Position numbers and translations under genes: made by a program
Notes under the pieces: generated by a model
What the model was told of the DNA's origin: nothing
The model's database searches: none
Seen by the model: the letters and a program-made list of their open reading frames with translations, nothing else
DNA from: Minisyncoccota bacterium
Lineage (GTDB): Bacteria; Patescibacteriota; Minisyncoccia; Phycocordibacterales; UBA9973
NCBI GenBank assembly: GCA_041675085.1
Contig: JBAYUN010000001.1
Location: 170,364 to 234,363 of the forward strand
DNA: 64,000 nucleotides
Reading direction: 5' to 3'
Shown here: positions 19,061-28,643 of the stretch, in pieces
Layout: the number at the start of each line of letters is the position of its first letter
Position numbering within the stretch: position 1 is the first letter of the stretch

Positions 19061-20563
19061 CTAAATCATAGGCTCAGCCTCGGTTTCTTTTGTTTCTTTT
19101 TGATTTGAGAGATTTTGTTTTTCTTCTTCTCTTTCTTTTCTGTCTCCTTCTTCTGTACGTCCGGCACCTTTTATCGCAGCTTTTTCTTCAGCACTACGAA
19201 TGATAGTAGACTCTTCTTCTTGGATCAATCTCTGAGCGTCACCTTTTGAGATAGCGTATTTACGACGTGAAGCGGCTAGTATCTCATCTCGATACGAAGT
19301 ATGAGTAGGAGGTAGTATACGTAAAGTCTCTGCTGAGAAAGGGTCATAACTCTCTCCGTCGATAGTCATCTTGATATAGAATTCTCCTACAGCAAGGTTA
19401 ATCATATCTTTGACTCCGAAAAGAGGATCGAATTCAGGTTTTAAACGAGTCGCGTCTTCTCCTCCTACACGGAAAGAAATAATAGATCCGACGTTACCTA
19501 GGATAGATTGATAAATCTTTGGTTGGATCTGACCTACGTATTGGTGAGCCATGGTGAGGTTCAATCCGTATTTACGAGCCTCTGATAGAATATTTTCAAA
19601 AGTTTGAGTCACGACGTTTTGGAACTCGTCGACATAAATATAAAAATCTTTACGATCTTTCTCTAGGATATGGGCGCGCTCCATACCGGCTTGCTTGATC
19701 TTGGTCAAGAACATAGATCCAAAGAAAGAAGAATTCTCTTCACCGATTTTACCCTTAGAAAGATTTATCAAAATAATTTTCTGCTCGTTCATCAAAGTAC
19801 TAATATCTATTTTATTTTCTTTTTGACCGAAAATATTGCGGAGCAGTGGGTCAGACAAGAATTGCCCGAGTTTATTCACGAGAGGGATGATCGCGTCAGT
19901 ATCAAATTTCTCAGACCAATCCGCGAATTCGATAGCGAAGAATCTTTTAACCATATCGTCTTGGATGTATTCCACGACTTTCTGACGATAATTTCTATCA
20001 GTAAGCATAGATATCATTCCACGCATCGTCGCATACGGATAGTCTAGAAGCGCCAAACAAGTAAAACGAAAAACGTGCTCCAAACGAGGAGTCCAGTTGG
20101 CACCGAATTGCTTTTGGAAAACTTCAATCAAACCTTGAGTTAATTGAAATTTGAACATAGGGTCGACGTTCGCCAGAGGATTGAAAGAAGCTGGGAAATT
20201 CACGTCAGACGGATCAATAATACAAACGTCTTCAATACGTTCTTTTGGAATATAATCTAGCATTGAGTCTATCACATCTCCGTGAGGATCGATAAGACAA
20301 AGCCCGTGCCCATAAGTGATATCTTGACGCAAGAAAAGCTCGAGGAGTTTAGTCTTACCTACTCCAGACTTCCCTATGATATACAAGTGACGACGACGGT
20401 CGACTCTCTTAAAACCAAAAATGAATTTCTTCTCTTCCAGAGATGCAACGTAATTAGTCCGCCCAATAAAAGAAACCTCCTCAGGTTTTACCTTTCCATA
20501 GACTGGAAGCTCTGGTGGTGGTGGACCGTATTTAATTATTTGAACTCGATTTGGTTTCACCAT
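19061..20563 (-). CDS. TrwB/TraD/VirD4-like (type IV coupling protein family) P-loop ATPase, 500 aa
   Basis: Walker [11 protein letters not shown] followed by CLIDPHGD (compare TrwB GATGTGKS...VIVDPNGD), Walker [10 protein letters not shown], then [13 protein letters not shown] block as in T4CP C-terminal half. Confidence 0.55.
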   Translation of the reverse strand: MVKPNRVQIIKYGPPPPELPVYGKVKPEEVSFIGRTNYVASLEEKKFIFGFKRVDRRRHLYIIGKSGVGKTKLLELFLRQDITYGHGLCLIDPHGDVIDSMLDYIPKERIEDVCIIDPSDVNFPASFNPLANVDPMFKFQLTQGLIEVFQKQFGANWTPRLEHVFRFTCLALLDYPYATMRGMISMLTDRNYRQKVVEYIQDDMVKRFFAIEFADWSEKFDTDAIIPLVNKLGQFLSDPLLRNIFGQKENKIDISTLMNEQKIILINLSKGKIGEENSSFFGSMFLTKIKQAGMERAHILEKDRKDFYIYVDEFQNVVTQTFENILSEARKYGLNLTMAHQYVGQIQPKIYQSILGNVGSIISFRVGGEDATRLKPEFDPLFGVKDMINLAVGEFYIKMTIDGESYDPFSAETLRILPPTHTSYRDEILAASRRKYAISKGDAQRLIQEEESTIIRSAEEKAAIKGAGRTEEGDRKEREEEKQNLSNQKETKETEAEPMI

Positions 20564-20707
20564 TATTATTTTGAATTTTTATAATTAAAGTATATCATAT
20601 AAAGATACTTGTCCCGTTAAATATAACAATATAATTGTATCATATTTAATAGTAAATGCGGGCAGAGTAAGATAGTCGAATATTTTATTATTTTATTTTT
20701 AACTGGG

Positions 20708-21406
20708 ATGAAGCTACATAGATTTATCGGGGAATTTGATTTATCTGGTGAAAACACAGAAATCACAAATCTTGAAAATATCAAGCAAATAAAGGGTGTT
20801 TTAAGGCTCGACGTCGGAGACTTTTTGATACTTTGCGACGGCAAAGGCACAGAAGCTAAAGTAGAAATAACAGAAATAGAAAAAACTCATATCACTACTA
20901 AAATAGTAGAAAAAACAAAAAAGGAAAATAACTCTAAAAAAGTAAGTCTATACCTAGCAATTCTTAAAAAAGAAAATTTTGAATTAGCTATACAAAAAGT
21001 CGTCGAAATCGGGGTGACTGAAATCATACCGATAATTACCGAACGAACTGTCAAAACCGGACTCAACACAGAGAGATTAAATAAAATCATCCGTGAAGCG
21101 AGTGAACAATCGGGTAGAACTATTTTGCCTATTCTGTACCCTACTTTAAAATTTATAGACGCAATACAAGACGGAAAGAAAAATGAAGGAAAGATATTTT
21201 TTGATTTTACTGAAGACAAAAATAACACGAAGAATACAAATTCAAAAAGTATTAGTATATTTATAGGTCCTGAAGGAGGGTTCACTGAAAAAGAAAATCA
21301 CATAGCTCTCGAAAATGGTTACAAAATAGAATCATTAGGAGAAAATACACTAAGAGCCGAAACCGCAGCTATCGTCGCTACTTATAAAGTAGTAAATAAT
21401 TTATGA
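20708..21406 (+). CDS. rsmE: 16S rRNA (uracil1498-N3)-methyltransferase
   Basis: MKLHRFIGEFDL...; C-terminal IGPEGGFTEKE and LGENTLRAETAAI motifs of RsmE. Confidence 0.8.
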   Translation: MKLHRFIGEFDLSGENTEITNLENIKQIKGVLRLDVGDFLILCDGKGTEAKVEITEIEKTHITTKIVEKTKKENNSKKVSLYLAILKKENFELAIQKVVEIGVTEIIPIITERTVKTGLNTERLNKIIREASEQSGRTILPILYPTLKFIDAIQDGKKNEGKIFFDFTEDKNNTKNTNSKSISIFIGPEGGFTEKENHIALENGYKIESLGENTLRAETAAIVATYKVVNNL

Positions 21407-21409
21407 AAA

Positions 21410-21703
21410 TTATTTACTTTTAGACTCAAGTTTTTCTACACGTGTAGTAAGATTATCAATTCTTCTTTCATAAGAAATACCATCGCCATTTAAAACAGTA
21501 ATACTATTTTTGAATTCTTTGTGTTGTTCGTTGTTATTTTTTATTTCTTTTAAAATTACATCTAAAACACCTTCAACTCTTTCGAAAGATTTAGCTACAG
21601 AACGCATATTGCTTTCAGAATTATTTTCAAAATTCTTTAAAGTTTCTAAAAATAATTTTTCAGTTACGTGTTTTTCAGTTGTTTTTGGAGTTATTTTCTT
21701 CAT
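21410..21703 (-). CDS. hypothetical coiled-coil protein (97 aa)
   Basis: Lys/Glu-rich, heptad-like; no domain recognised. Confidence 0.35.
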   Translation of the reverse strand: MKKITPKTTEKHVTEKLFLETLKNFENNSESNMRSVAKSFERVEGVLDVILKEIKNNNEQHKEFKNSITVLNGDGISYERRIDNLTTRVEKLESKSK

Positions 21704-21743
21704 ATATCAATTATAACAAAACCTAAAAGCTATGCAATATATC

Positions 21744-23450
21744 CTAATACACCTCACTCTGATAACATTTCTCACAATAAACTATCTCTGGTCTCTCTGG
21801 AGCATAACTTGTTTCAAATTCATTATTGCACCCTTCTTTCATGCAAGATCGATGCCAGAGTTTAAATGGATTTCTAAAAAATAGCCTTTCATTCAACCTG
21901 CAATAGAAACAACTTCTCGGTAAAGGTAAATTCATTATTTTATAAAATTTAAATTCGTCCGAAATAACTTTAAAATTTCTTTTACAGTCTATACACTCAA
22001 AAACATTATCAATAAAACTTTCATCTACATTTTCCAAAGAAATAGGGACACCTGTCGACTCAATGGTTTGCTTGCCTGTAGTTTTTTGAATATTGTATTG
22101 AAATTTATAATTTTTATCTAAAATTTCTTTTTCATTTAAAGGGAAAAAATAATTAGCTATAGTTTCATTATATCCAAAATAAGATAATTCAATAGGAAAA
22201 AATTCACCGTATCTATATACGTTTCCTTTTTTATCTACATAAGGCATCTCATTCATATGATTCTTTATCTTCTCCACCATCTCAAAATATTCTTCTTTTT
22301 TATACTGCTTGTTAAAAATACAATAACTTTTATTCTTTAAACCAACACAACCAAATACATACTTACAATTATGGCAATGCATATTGTATTCCAAAAATTG
22401 TGATTTAACTGAAAATAAACCAAATTTATTATTACTGGAATGATCTAGTACTATACCTTCATAACCAAGCTCATGCTCTCCAGAAGTTGTAATATCATAA
22501 CAATCTAAATTTTTACCTCCCTGTTGAATATATTTACAATTTTCTATCTTATCACCAATAAAACAATTTTGAGAATTTTTAGAATTACTTAATAGATCTC
22601 CTGTAACATTTAATGATTGAATTATATGAGCATATTTTCTTGGATATTTTAAAATAAATTCTTTAAATTCTTTCTTTGCTCTTTGCCTACCTTCATAAGT
22701 ATTAAGTTCATAAGTAGACAAAATTTTTTCATATTCTTCTTTAGTGTACTTTTTATTTTTAAAGCAATACTTCTCTCCTCGTAAACCTATACACATAAAA
22801 CAATCTGAACAATTACGACAATCATACAAAAAATCGGAATCTATACAAGATACACAAAAATATGAGCTTTTTAATTTATAACTATGTGAGCAATCTAAAC
22901 AATCATACATCCATTCTGAAGATTCTAAAATACAAGTACAATCTGTCATATTTTTACCGGCTAAAACCATATATCCATAAGAAACATTTTCTATATGCCA
23001 AGAACAAAAAGTCATATAACAGTTTTTAGAAAACCAAGTATCACCAGTATATTCACATTTAATGCTAGCTATGTTGTTATCGTTAACTAAAGCTATGTGA
23101 GGAATTTTATAAATTAATTTATTTAACTGAGAAAAGAAGTTTTCAGAAAAATTATAATCTTTTCCAGATTCAATTCCGTCCCATTTATCACTCCACCAAC
23201 ATTTATTACAATAAATAATTATATTAGATTCAGGAGAATACATTGATACTACGTTCATGTCACAAGAATCACATTTACGATTATATAAAGAAAAATCATT
23301 CCTCCAAGAAGCTCTTCTTTGGAACCTACATTCCGGACAAAAAGTTGGTGGTGGGACTTTTACCTTTTCATAGAAGGAAAAGTCATCACTTTCTATCGTA
23401 AAGTCATTTTGGCAATTCTGGCAGGTTTTCTTTTCGGATTTATATTCCAT
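21744..23450 (-). CDS. cysteine-rich multi-zinc-ribbon protein (568 aa), function unknown
   Basis: More than 50 Cys; N- and C-terminal modules of the form CxxC..F.I...F.FY.K....P..C..CR...R; internal repeats C..C.GL.G.KYC.FNK.Y.KEEY. Confidence 0.55.
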   Translation of the reverse strand: MEYKSEKKTCQNCQNDFTIESDDFSFYEKVKVPPPTFCPECRFQRRASWRNDFSLYNRKCDSCDMNVVSMYSPESNIIIYCNKCWWSDKWDGIESGKDYNFSENFFSQLNKLIYKIPHIALVNDNNIASIKCEYTGDTWFSKNCYMTFCSWHIENVSYGYMVLAGKNMTDCTCILESSEWMYDCLDCSHSYKLKSSYFCVSCIDSDFLYDCRNCSDCFMCIGLRGEKYCFKNKKYTKEEYEKILSTYELNTYEGRQRAKKEFKEFILKYPRKYAHIIQSLNVTGDLLSNSKNSQNCFIGDKIENCKYIQQGGKNLDCYDITTSGEHELGYEGIVLDHSSNNKFGLFSVKSQFLEYNMHCHNCKYVFGCVGLKNKSYCIFNKQYKKEEYFEMVEKIKNHMNEMPYVDKKGNVYRYGEFFPIELSYFGYNETIANYFFPLNEKEILDKNYKFQYNIQKTTGKQTIESTGVPISLENVDESFIDNVFECIDCKRNFKVISDEFKFYKIMNLPLPRSCFYCRLNERLFFRNPFKLWHRSCMKEGCNNEFETSYAPERPEIVYCEKCYQSEVY

Positions 23451-23454
23451 AATT

Positions 23455-25872
23455 CTACTCTCTATCTTCTAATAATCTACGCAAAACTTCTTCGGGAATT
23501 TCTTGTATGTTGCCTTCTGTTAATGGTGGTGGTGTGCCTGTTTTCTCTTTTACTGGTTCAGATTTTATTTCTTGCCCGCCTGCAACATTATGCATAGGAT
23601 TTCGGGCAAGTTTAATCTCTTCTTTTTTCTCTTCTCTTATTTCTTGCCTTGTTTCTATTTTTATTTCTTCTTTTATTTCTGACTTGATTGGTTCTGTTTT
23701 AATTTCAGGTTTTACTTGAGATTCTGTTTTGATTTGAGTATTTACGGGTGGATTTATTTTATTCCCGCCTGCAGAAGCTACTACTTCAGCATTTCGGGCA
23801 GGTTCTATTTTATCCCCGCCTGTAGCATTTCGGGCAGGGGTCACGATAATATCATCTACTTTTTCAGAAATCATATTCCTAAAACTATTCATTAAATCAG
23901 AACTCGCAGAGCGGTCTTTTGAATTTGTTGGATTTTCAATTTTGGCAACTTTTAAATCACTCAAAGAAATACCTTTGTTTATATCGTCATTATTTTTATC
24001 AGGAATGTTTAATCTAGGTTCGGGGATTTTTTCTTTAACTTCTTCTATATCCTTATTATGCAAGGCTATATCCAAGATTTCTTTTAGTCCTAAATTCAAA
24101 CCACTGATTTTAGGTTTTTCGGGTCTGATATGAATAGGGTTCTTTGGTATAACTTTCTCGACAATATTATTTACAAAATTTTTCTTCACAGGTGTAAAAT
24201 TATTTTTAGGAAAATCTGATTTATTTTGAGAATTAAAATTATTGTTTACAACAGGCTCAGATCTATTTTCTTTTTTTACATTAGAATTACTGTCTCCTCC
24301 AGCAAACTCTATACCTAAATCTGCAAGAGGTTTGAAAAATCTAGTCTCATCTTTTTTTAACTGATCAGGAGATACACGAATAGGTTTTATCTCGCCTGCT
24401 TTTATTTTTACAATACAGTCTTTACAGTACACAGCTCGTCCTGGTTCAGGCTTGAAAGGTACAGTAGTCATAGTGCCACAATTCGAACAAACAGTTTCAA
24501 ATTTCTCCCCGTTCGGATTGATAGCTTTGTTATTTTCGCGCGCATTACCGATATCACCGAGCGCCATACCACTCCAATCATTAATCTCTTTTTCGATGTC
24601 CTCTTTGGTACGACAATATAGCTCACGTGAGGATTCGACTACTCTTCTTTCAATATCAAGATTACCACCTTTGACCAAAGGCGCGATAGTCTTTGAAGAA
24701 AAAGGACGAGAAGTAATACCATCTATCATGAGTTTGAGATAAATCTTGTAGTTAGGTAAGTTCACGATATCCTCCGGAGTGAATTCAGGAGCAAATTCTT
24801 TTTCTAAGAAATCCGCATCGTCGGCTCCCACACGAAACACAATCATAGTCCCAACGTTACCGAAAATAGAGTCACGCATAGCACTAGACTCTTTGGTAAC
24901 CAATTGAGCTGTATATTGGTGAGCTACAGTTAGGTTCAAGCGGTATTTACGAGCCTCAGATAGAATCGAGGCAAAAGAGTCGGTGACGAAGTTTTGGAAC
25001 TCGTCGACATATAGATAAAAATCTTTACGTTCTTCTTCAGGAATACGCACACGCTCCATGGCAGCAAGCTGAATCTTGGTAATAATCATACCTCCGAGGA
25101 GCTTAGAGTTGTCTTCTCCAATACGTCCTTTGGATACGTTTACTAAGAAAATCTTGCCTTCATTCATCATGTCAAAAATATTGATAGTACTTTTTGACTG
25201 ACCAACAATATTACGAATAACAGAAGTCGAAAGGAATTGACCAACTTTGTTTTGAATCGGAGCGATAGCTTCATTACGGAATTTATCTTGCCAAGCTTCA
25301 TACTCATGAATCCAAAAAGCTTTGATCACAGGATCTTTCAAATTATTAATTATCTTTTGACGATAGTCTTTGTCTACCAACATACGAGGAATACCAAGGA
25401 GAGTAGTACCAGGAGTATCTAGCAAAGCTAGAATACAATTATTCAAAATATATTCCATACGAGCAGACCAAGCATTCGCCCAGATTTTCGTGAAAATACC
25501 CATAAGCCCCGACGCTACTAAGTGCTTGTATTTGGAATCTACAAGTTCAAGAACATTAAAACCAATATGATACTCAGTATCCGCCGGATTGAAATAAACT
25601 ACGTCTTTAAGTCTATGTTCTGGAATAGCTTGCAAAACTCCTTCGACGAGCTCACCGTGAGGGTCGACTACACACACACCTTCACCATTTAGAATATTCT
25701 GCATGATCATGTTGGACATGAGCACAGATTTACCAGTACCGGATTTTCCAAGAATATAAATATGCTGACGACGGTCGCGACGCTTGATACCAAAAAGAGT
25801 ATTCTTGTCTCTAAACGTAGAATACCCGATATAGGTCAAATCTTTATTTGGTGGCAATTGAGGCAAATCCAT
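23455..25872 (-). CDS. TrwB/VirD4-like P-loop ATPase with central zinc ribbon and long repetitive K/E/P-rich C-terminal tail (805 aa)
   Basis: YILGKSGTGKSVL...VCVVDPHGE, Walker B LYVDEFQNF, ARKYRLNLTVAHQ; zinc ribbon CSNCG...VPFKPEPGRAVYCKDC; tail with ARN-containing repeats. Confidence 0.55.
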   Translation of the reverse strand: MDLPQLPPNKDLTYIGYSTFRDKNTLFGIKRRDRRQHIYILGKSGTGKSVLMSNMIMQNILNGEGVCVVDPHGELVEGVLQAIPEHRLKDVVYFNPADTEYHIGFNVLELVDSKYKHLVASGLMGIFTKIWANAWSARMEYILNNCILALLDTPGTTLLGIPRMLVDKDYRQKIINNLKDPVIKAFWIHEYEAWQDKFRNEAIAPIQNKVGQFLSTSVIRNIVGQSKSTINIFDMMNEGKIFLVNVSKGRIGEDNSKLLGGMIITKIQLAAMERVRIPEEERKDFYLYVDEFQNFVTDSFASILSEARKYRLNLTVAHQYTAQLVTKESSAMRDSIFGNVGTMIVFRVGADDADFLEKEFAPEFTPEDIVNLPNYKIYLKLMIDGITSRPFSSKTIAPLVKGGNLDIERRVVESSRELYCRTKEDIEKEINDWSGMALGDIGNARENNKAINPNGEKFETVCSNCGTMTTVPFKPEPGRAVYCKDCIVKIKAGEIKPIRVSPDQLKKDETRFFKPLADLGIEFAGGDSNSNVKKENRSEPVVNNNFNSQNKSDFPKNNFTPVKKNFVNNIVEKVIPKNPIHIRPEKPKISGLNLGLKEILDIALHNKDIEEVKEKIPEPRLNIPDKNNDDINKGISLSDLKVAKIENPTNSKDRSASSDLMNSFRNMISEKVDDIIVTPARNATGGDKIEPARNAEVVASAGGNKINPPVNTQIKTESQVKPEIKTEPIKSEIKEEIKIETRQEIREEKKEEIKLARNPMHNVAGGQEIKSEPVKEKTGTPPPLTEGNIQEIPEEVLRRLLEDRE

Positions 25873-25944
25873 ACTCTCAATTATAGCAAAAAACCCATTG
25901 CATTTCTACAAGGGTTTTTTGTTAATTACTTTTCTAAAAATTTT

Positions 25945-25973
25945 GCCCTGTCAATCGCGACTGACGGGGTGAA
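25945..25973. repeat. GC-rich palindromic REP-like element, copy 1
   Basis: gccctgtcaatcgcgactgacggggtgaa just 3' of dnaK stop. Confidence 0.5.
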
Positions 25974-25979
25974 GACGAA

Positions 25980-27881
25980 TTATTTTTGTTCTCCTTCTGA
26001 TTCTGGAGTTGATTCTCCGTCTTTAACTTCAGTCGGTTGTTCTTCGACTGTACTACTTTCTTCTTTTGGAGCTTCAGGATTAGCTTTATTCATAGCTTCC
26101 CCAATCTTAGACATTTCACTAGATAATTCTTCTGTAGCTTTCTTGATACTTTCCATATCTGTACCATCTTTCACAGAACGTAGATTTGCAACTTTAGCAT
26201 CTACTTCTGTTTTTAACTCTGCTGGAATTTTACCTTCCGCGTCTTTTAGAGATTTCTCAGCTGTATAAATAATCATCTCGGCAGTATTTTTCACATCTAC
26301 TAATTCTTTTTTCTTTTTATCTTCTTCAGCATTAAGTTCTGCATCTGCTTGCATTTTCTTAATATCTTCATCTTTAAGTCCTGAACTTGCTTCGATACGA
26401 ATAGATTGAGTTTTACCTGAAGCTTTCTCCATAGCTTTCACATTTAGAATACCGTTTGCATCCACATCAAAAGTAACTTCAACTTGAGGAATACCACGAG
26501 GGCTTGGTGGGACTCCATCTAGGATAAATCTACCTAAAGATTTATTGTCACTTGCCATAGGGCGTTCACCTTGAACTATATGAATCTCGACTGAAGTTTG
26601 GTTGTCTGCAGCAGTAGAGAAAATCTGAGATTTAGAAGCCGGGATAGTAGTATTTCTCTCAACGAGTTTTGTGGCGACTCCTCCTAAAGTCTCGATACCG
26701 AGAGATAGAGGGATAACGTCGAGCAATAATACATCACGCACATCTCCAGCCAATACTCCAGCTTGAACCGCAGCTCCGAGAGCTACAACTTCGTCAGGAT
26801 TAATAGATAAGTTTGGAGATTTTCCAAAAACTTTCTTTACTTCTTCTACTATCTTTGGCATACGAGTCTGACCTCCAACCATTATGATTTCGTGAATATC
26901 ATTCATTGTAAATCCTGAAGCAGCTAAAGCCTTTTTAGTGATTTCTATAGAACGAGTTATATATTCGTCAGCAATAGATTCTAATTGAGCGCGAGACATT
27001 TTAAGTAGTAAGTGTTGAGGTCCTTCGGCTGTTGAGGTAATGAAAGGAATATTGATTTCTGTTTCTACGGCTGTAGAGAGTTCAATTTTTGCTTTTTCTG
27101 CAGCTTCATCTAGTCTTTGAAGAGCGAGCTTGTCATTGCGTACATCAACTCCAGAAGTCTTTTTAAATTCTTCTGCGATCCAAGATATAATCTTGTGATC
27201 TATATCACGTCCTCCTAAATGAGAATCTCCATCAGTAGACTTTACTTCGATAACATCGTCCCCAATCTCCAAAACAGATACGTCGAAAGTTCCTCCTCCA
27301 AAGTCATAAACTACAACTTTTTCATTTTTCTTTTTATTGAATCCATAAGCGAGGGCCGCAGCTGTCGGTTCATTGATAATTCTCTTTACATCTAGTCCAG
27401 CGATAACTCCAGCATCTTTAGTAGCTTTTCTTTGAGCATCATTGAAATAAGCAGGGACAGTGATCACAGCTTCGGTTATTTTCTCTCCAGTTTTTGCTTC
27501 GACGTCTGCTTTGATTTTAGATAAAATCATAGCAGAGACTTCCTCAGGGCGCATCCATTTATCTCCGATCATAACCTCGACTCCACCGTCAGTTCCTTTT
27601 TGAATCTTGAAAGACATATTTTTTAAATCTTTCTGAACTTCTGGATCTTCAAAATTGTGACCCATAAATCTCTTGATACCGTAGATAGTATTTTCTGGAT
27701 TTGTTACGGCTTGACGTTTTGCTAGAAGTCCTACAAGTCTATCTCCATTTTTTGCAATAGAAACAATAGACGGAGTAGTTCGAGCTCCTTCGATATTTTC
27801 TACAATCTTTGGATTTCCTCCTTCAATTATAGCGACTGCACTATTTGTTGTACCTAAATCTATACCTATTATTTTTGACAT
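25980..27881 (-). CDS. dnaK: chaperone DnaK (Hsp70)
   Basis: [18 protein letters not shown], 633 aa. Confidence 0.95.
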   Translation of the reverse strand: MSKIIGIDLGTTNSAVAIIEGGNPKIVENIEGARTTPSIVSIAKNGDRLVGLLAKRQAVTNPENTIYGIKRFMGHNFEDPEVQKDLKNMSFKIQKGTDGGVEVMIGDKWMRPEEVSAMILSKIKADVEAKTGEKITEAVITVPAYFNDAQRKATKDAGVIAGLDVKRIINEPTAAALAYGFNKKKNEKVVVYDFGGGTFDVSVLEIGDDVIEVKSTDGDSHLGGRDIDHKIISWIAEEFKKTSGVDVRNDKLALQRLDEAAEKAKIELSTAVETEINIPFITSTAEGPQHLLLKMSRAQLESIADEYITRSIEITKKALAASGFTMNDIHEIIMVGGQTRMPKIVEEVKKVFGKSPNLSINPDEVVALGAAVQAGVLAGDVRDVLLLDVIPLSLGIETLGGVATKLVERNTTIPASKSQIFSTAADNQTSVEIHIVQGERPMASDNKSLGRFILDGVPPSPRGIPQVEVTFDVDANGILNVKAMEKASGKTQSIRIEASSGLKDEDIKKMQADAELNAEEDKKKKELVDVKNTAEMIIYTAEKSLKDAEGKIPAELKTEVDAKVANLRSVKDGTDMESIKKATEELSSEMSKIGEAMNKANPEAPKEESSTVEEQPTEVKDGESTPESEGEQK

Positions 27882-28020
27882 ATTTTTTATTTTAATTAAT
27901 TTATAATAATTTAAATTTATAATTTTTATAAAAAAAATTTTTCTAGAGCCTTATCTTTTATGACTTAACGACGAAAAATTTCTTTTTGTAAAAATTTAAA
28001 ATAATCTATATTTTACTTGT

Positions 28021-28036
28021 TTTTCGCGACCGCGAA
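28021..28036. promoter_or_regulatory. palindrome TTTCGCG-ACC-GCGAAA overlapping -35 region of a TTGTATAAT promoter
   Basis: tttcgcgaccgcgaaa followed 7 nt later by ttgtataat (extended -10) upstream of the PaaX-like gene; divergent from dnaK. Confidence 0.35.
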
Positions 28037-28121
28037 ATACTTGTATAATCTAGTATATATGATAAGATATATCTATGTCAACCCCACTTCGCTTAAGCTT
28101 CGCGGGGCAAAGCAAAAATAT

Positions 28122-28637
28122 ATGCAAAATCAAGACCATTCCAAAAAAATCCTTAAAAAACTAGCAGAAAAGAGAGCTATTTCTATAGAGTCATTAAAAG
28201 ACAAAGAAGACAAGAAAGAGAAATATGCCCTCTCTAGAAGCCTTAAAAACCTCGTAAACAGCGGTTTTGCTCGTATTCATGACTCAGGCAACCAAGACTA
28301 CATAAGCCTCACCAAAGAAGGCAAAAAGAAAGTGCACAGCCTTAACCTCGAGAACGAAAATACCCTAGTGAATACATCTTGGGACGGCTATTGGAGAATG
28401 GTACTTTTAGATCTACCAGAAACCAGAAAAAACGAACGTGAATCTCTACGCTATTTATTAAAAAAAGCAGGGTTTGTATGTCTGAAGAATTCAGTCTGGA
28501 TTTCTCCCCTACCATACGAATATTTATTTGAAAATATTAAAAAAGATTTAGGCTTAACTACTGAGATGATAATCCTAACCACAAACAAAATAGACGCAGA
28601 AACTCAAAAAACTATTTTTGAGAATTTTAAGAATTAA
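28122..28637 (+). CDS. PaaX-family-like transcriptional regulator (short form)
   Basis: Start moved to MQNQDHSKK because track N-terminus overlaps the promoter; wHTH YALSRSLKNLVNSGFARI..ISLTKEGKK then WDGYWRMVLLDLPE...GFVCLKNSVWISP (compare E. coli PaaX WDGKWLLLL...GFGALAPSLMASP). Confidence 0.55.
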   Translation: MQNQDHSKKILKKLAEKRAISIESLKDKEDKKEKYALSRSLKNLVNSGFARIHDSGNQDYISLTKEGKKKVHSLNLENENTLVNTSWDGYWRMVLLDLPETRKNERESLRYLLKKAGFVCLKNSVWISPLPYEYLFENIKKDLGLTTEMIILTTNKIDAETQKTIFENFKN

Positions 28638-28643
28638 TAAACC

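Noticed and set aside
23560-23850. CRISPR-like array suggested by repeated cccgcctg...tttcgggca units
   Set aside because: The repeats lie inside the 805-aa ATPase reading frame and encode peptide repeats. Spacing is irregular and there are only three copies. No cas genes are present.
19061-25872. Calling the region an integrative conjugative element
   Set aside because: The window contains no relaxase, integrase, VirB4/VirB6 or oriT-like features, only coupling-protein-like ATPases. ICE status cannot be supported.
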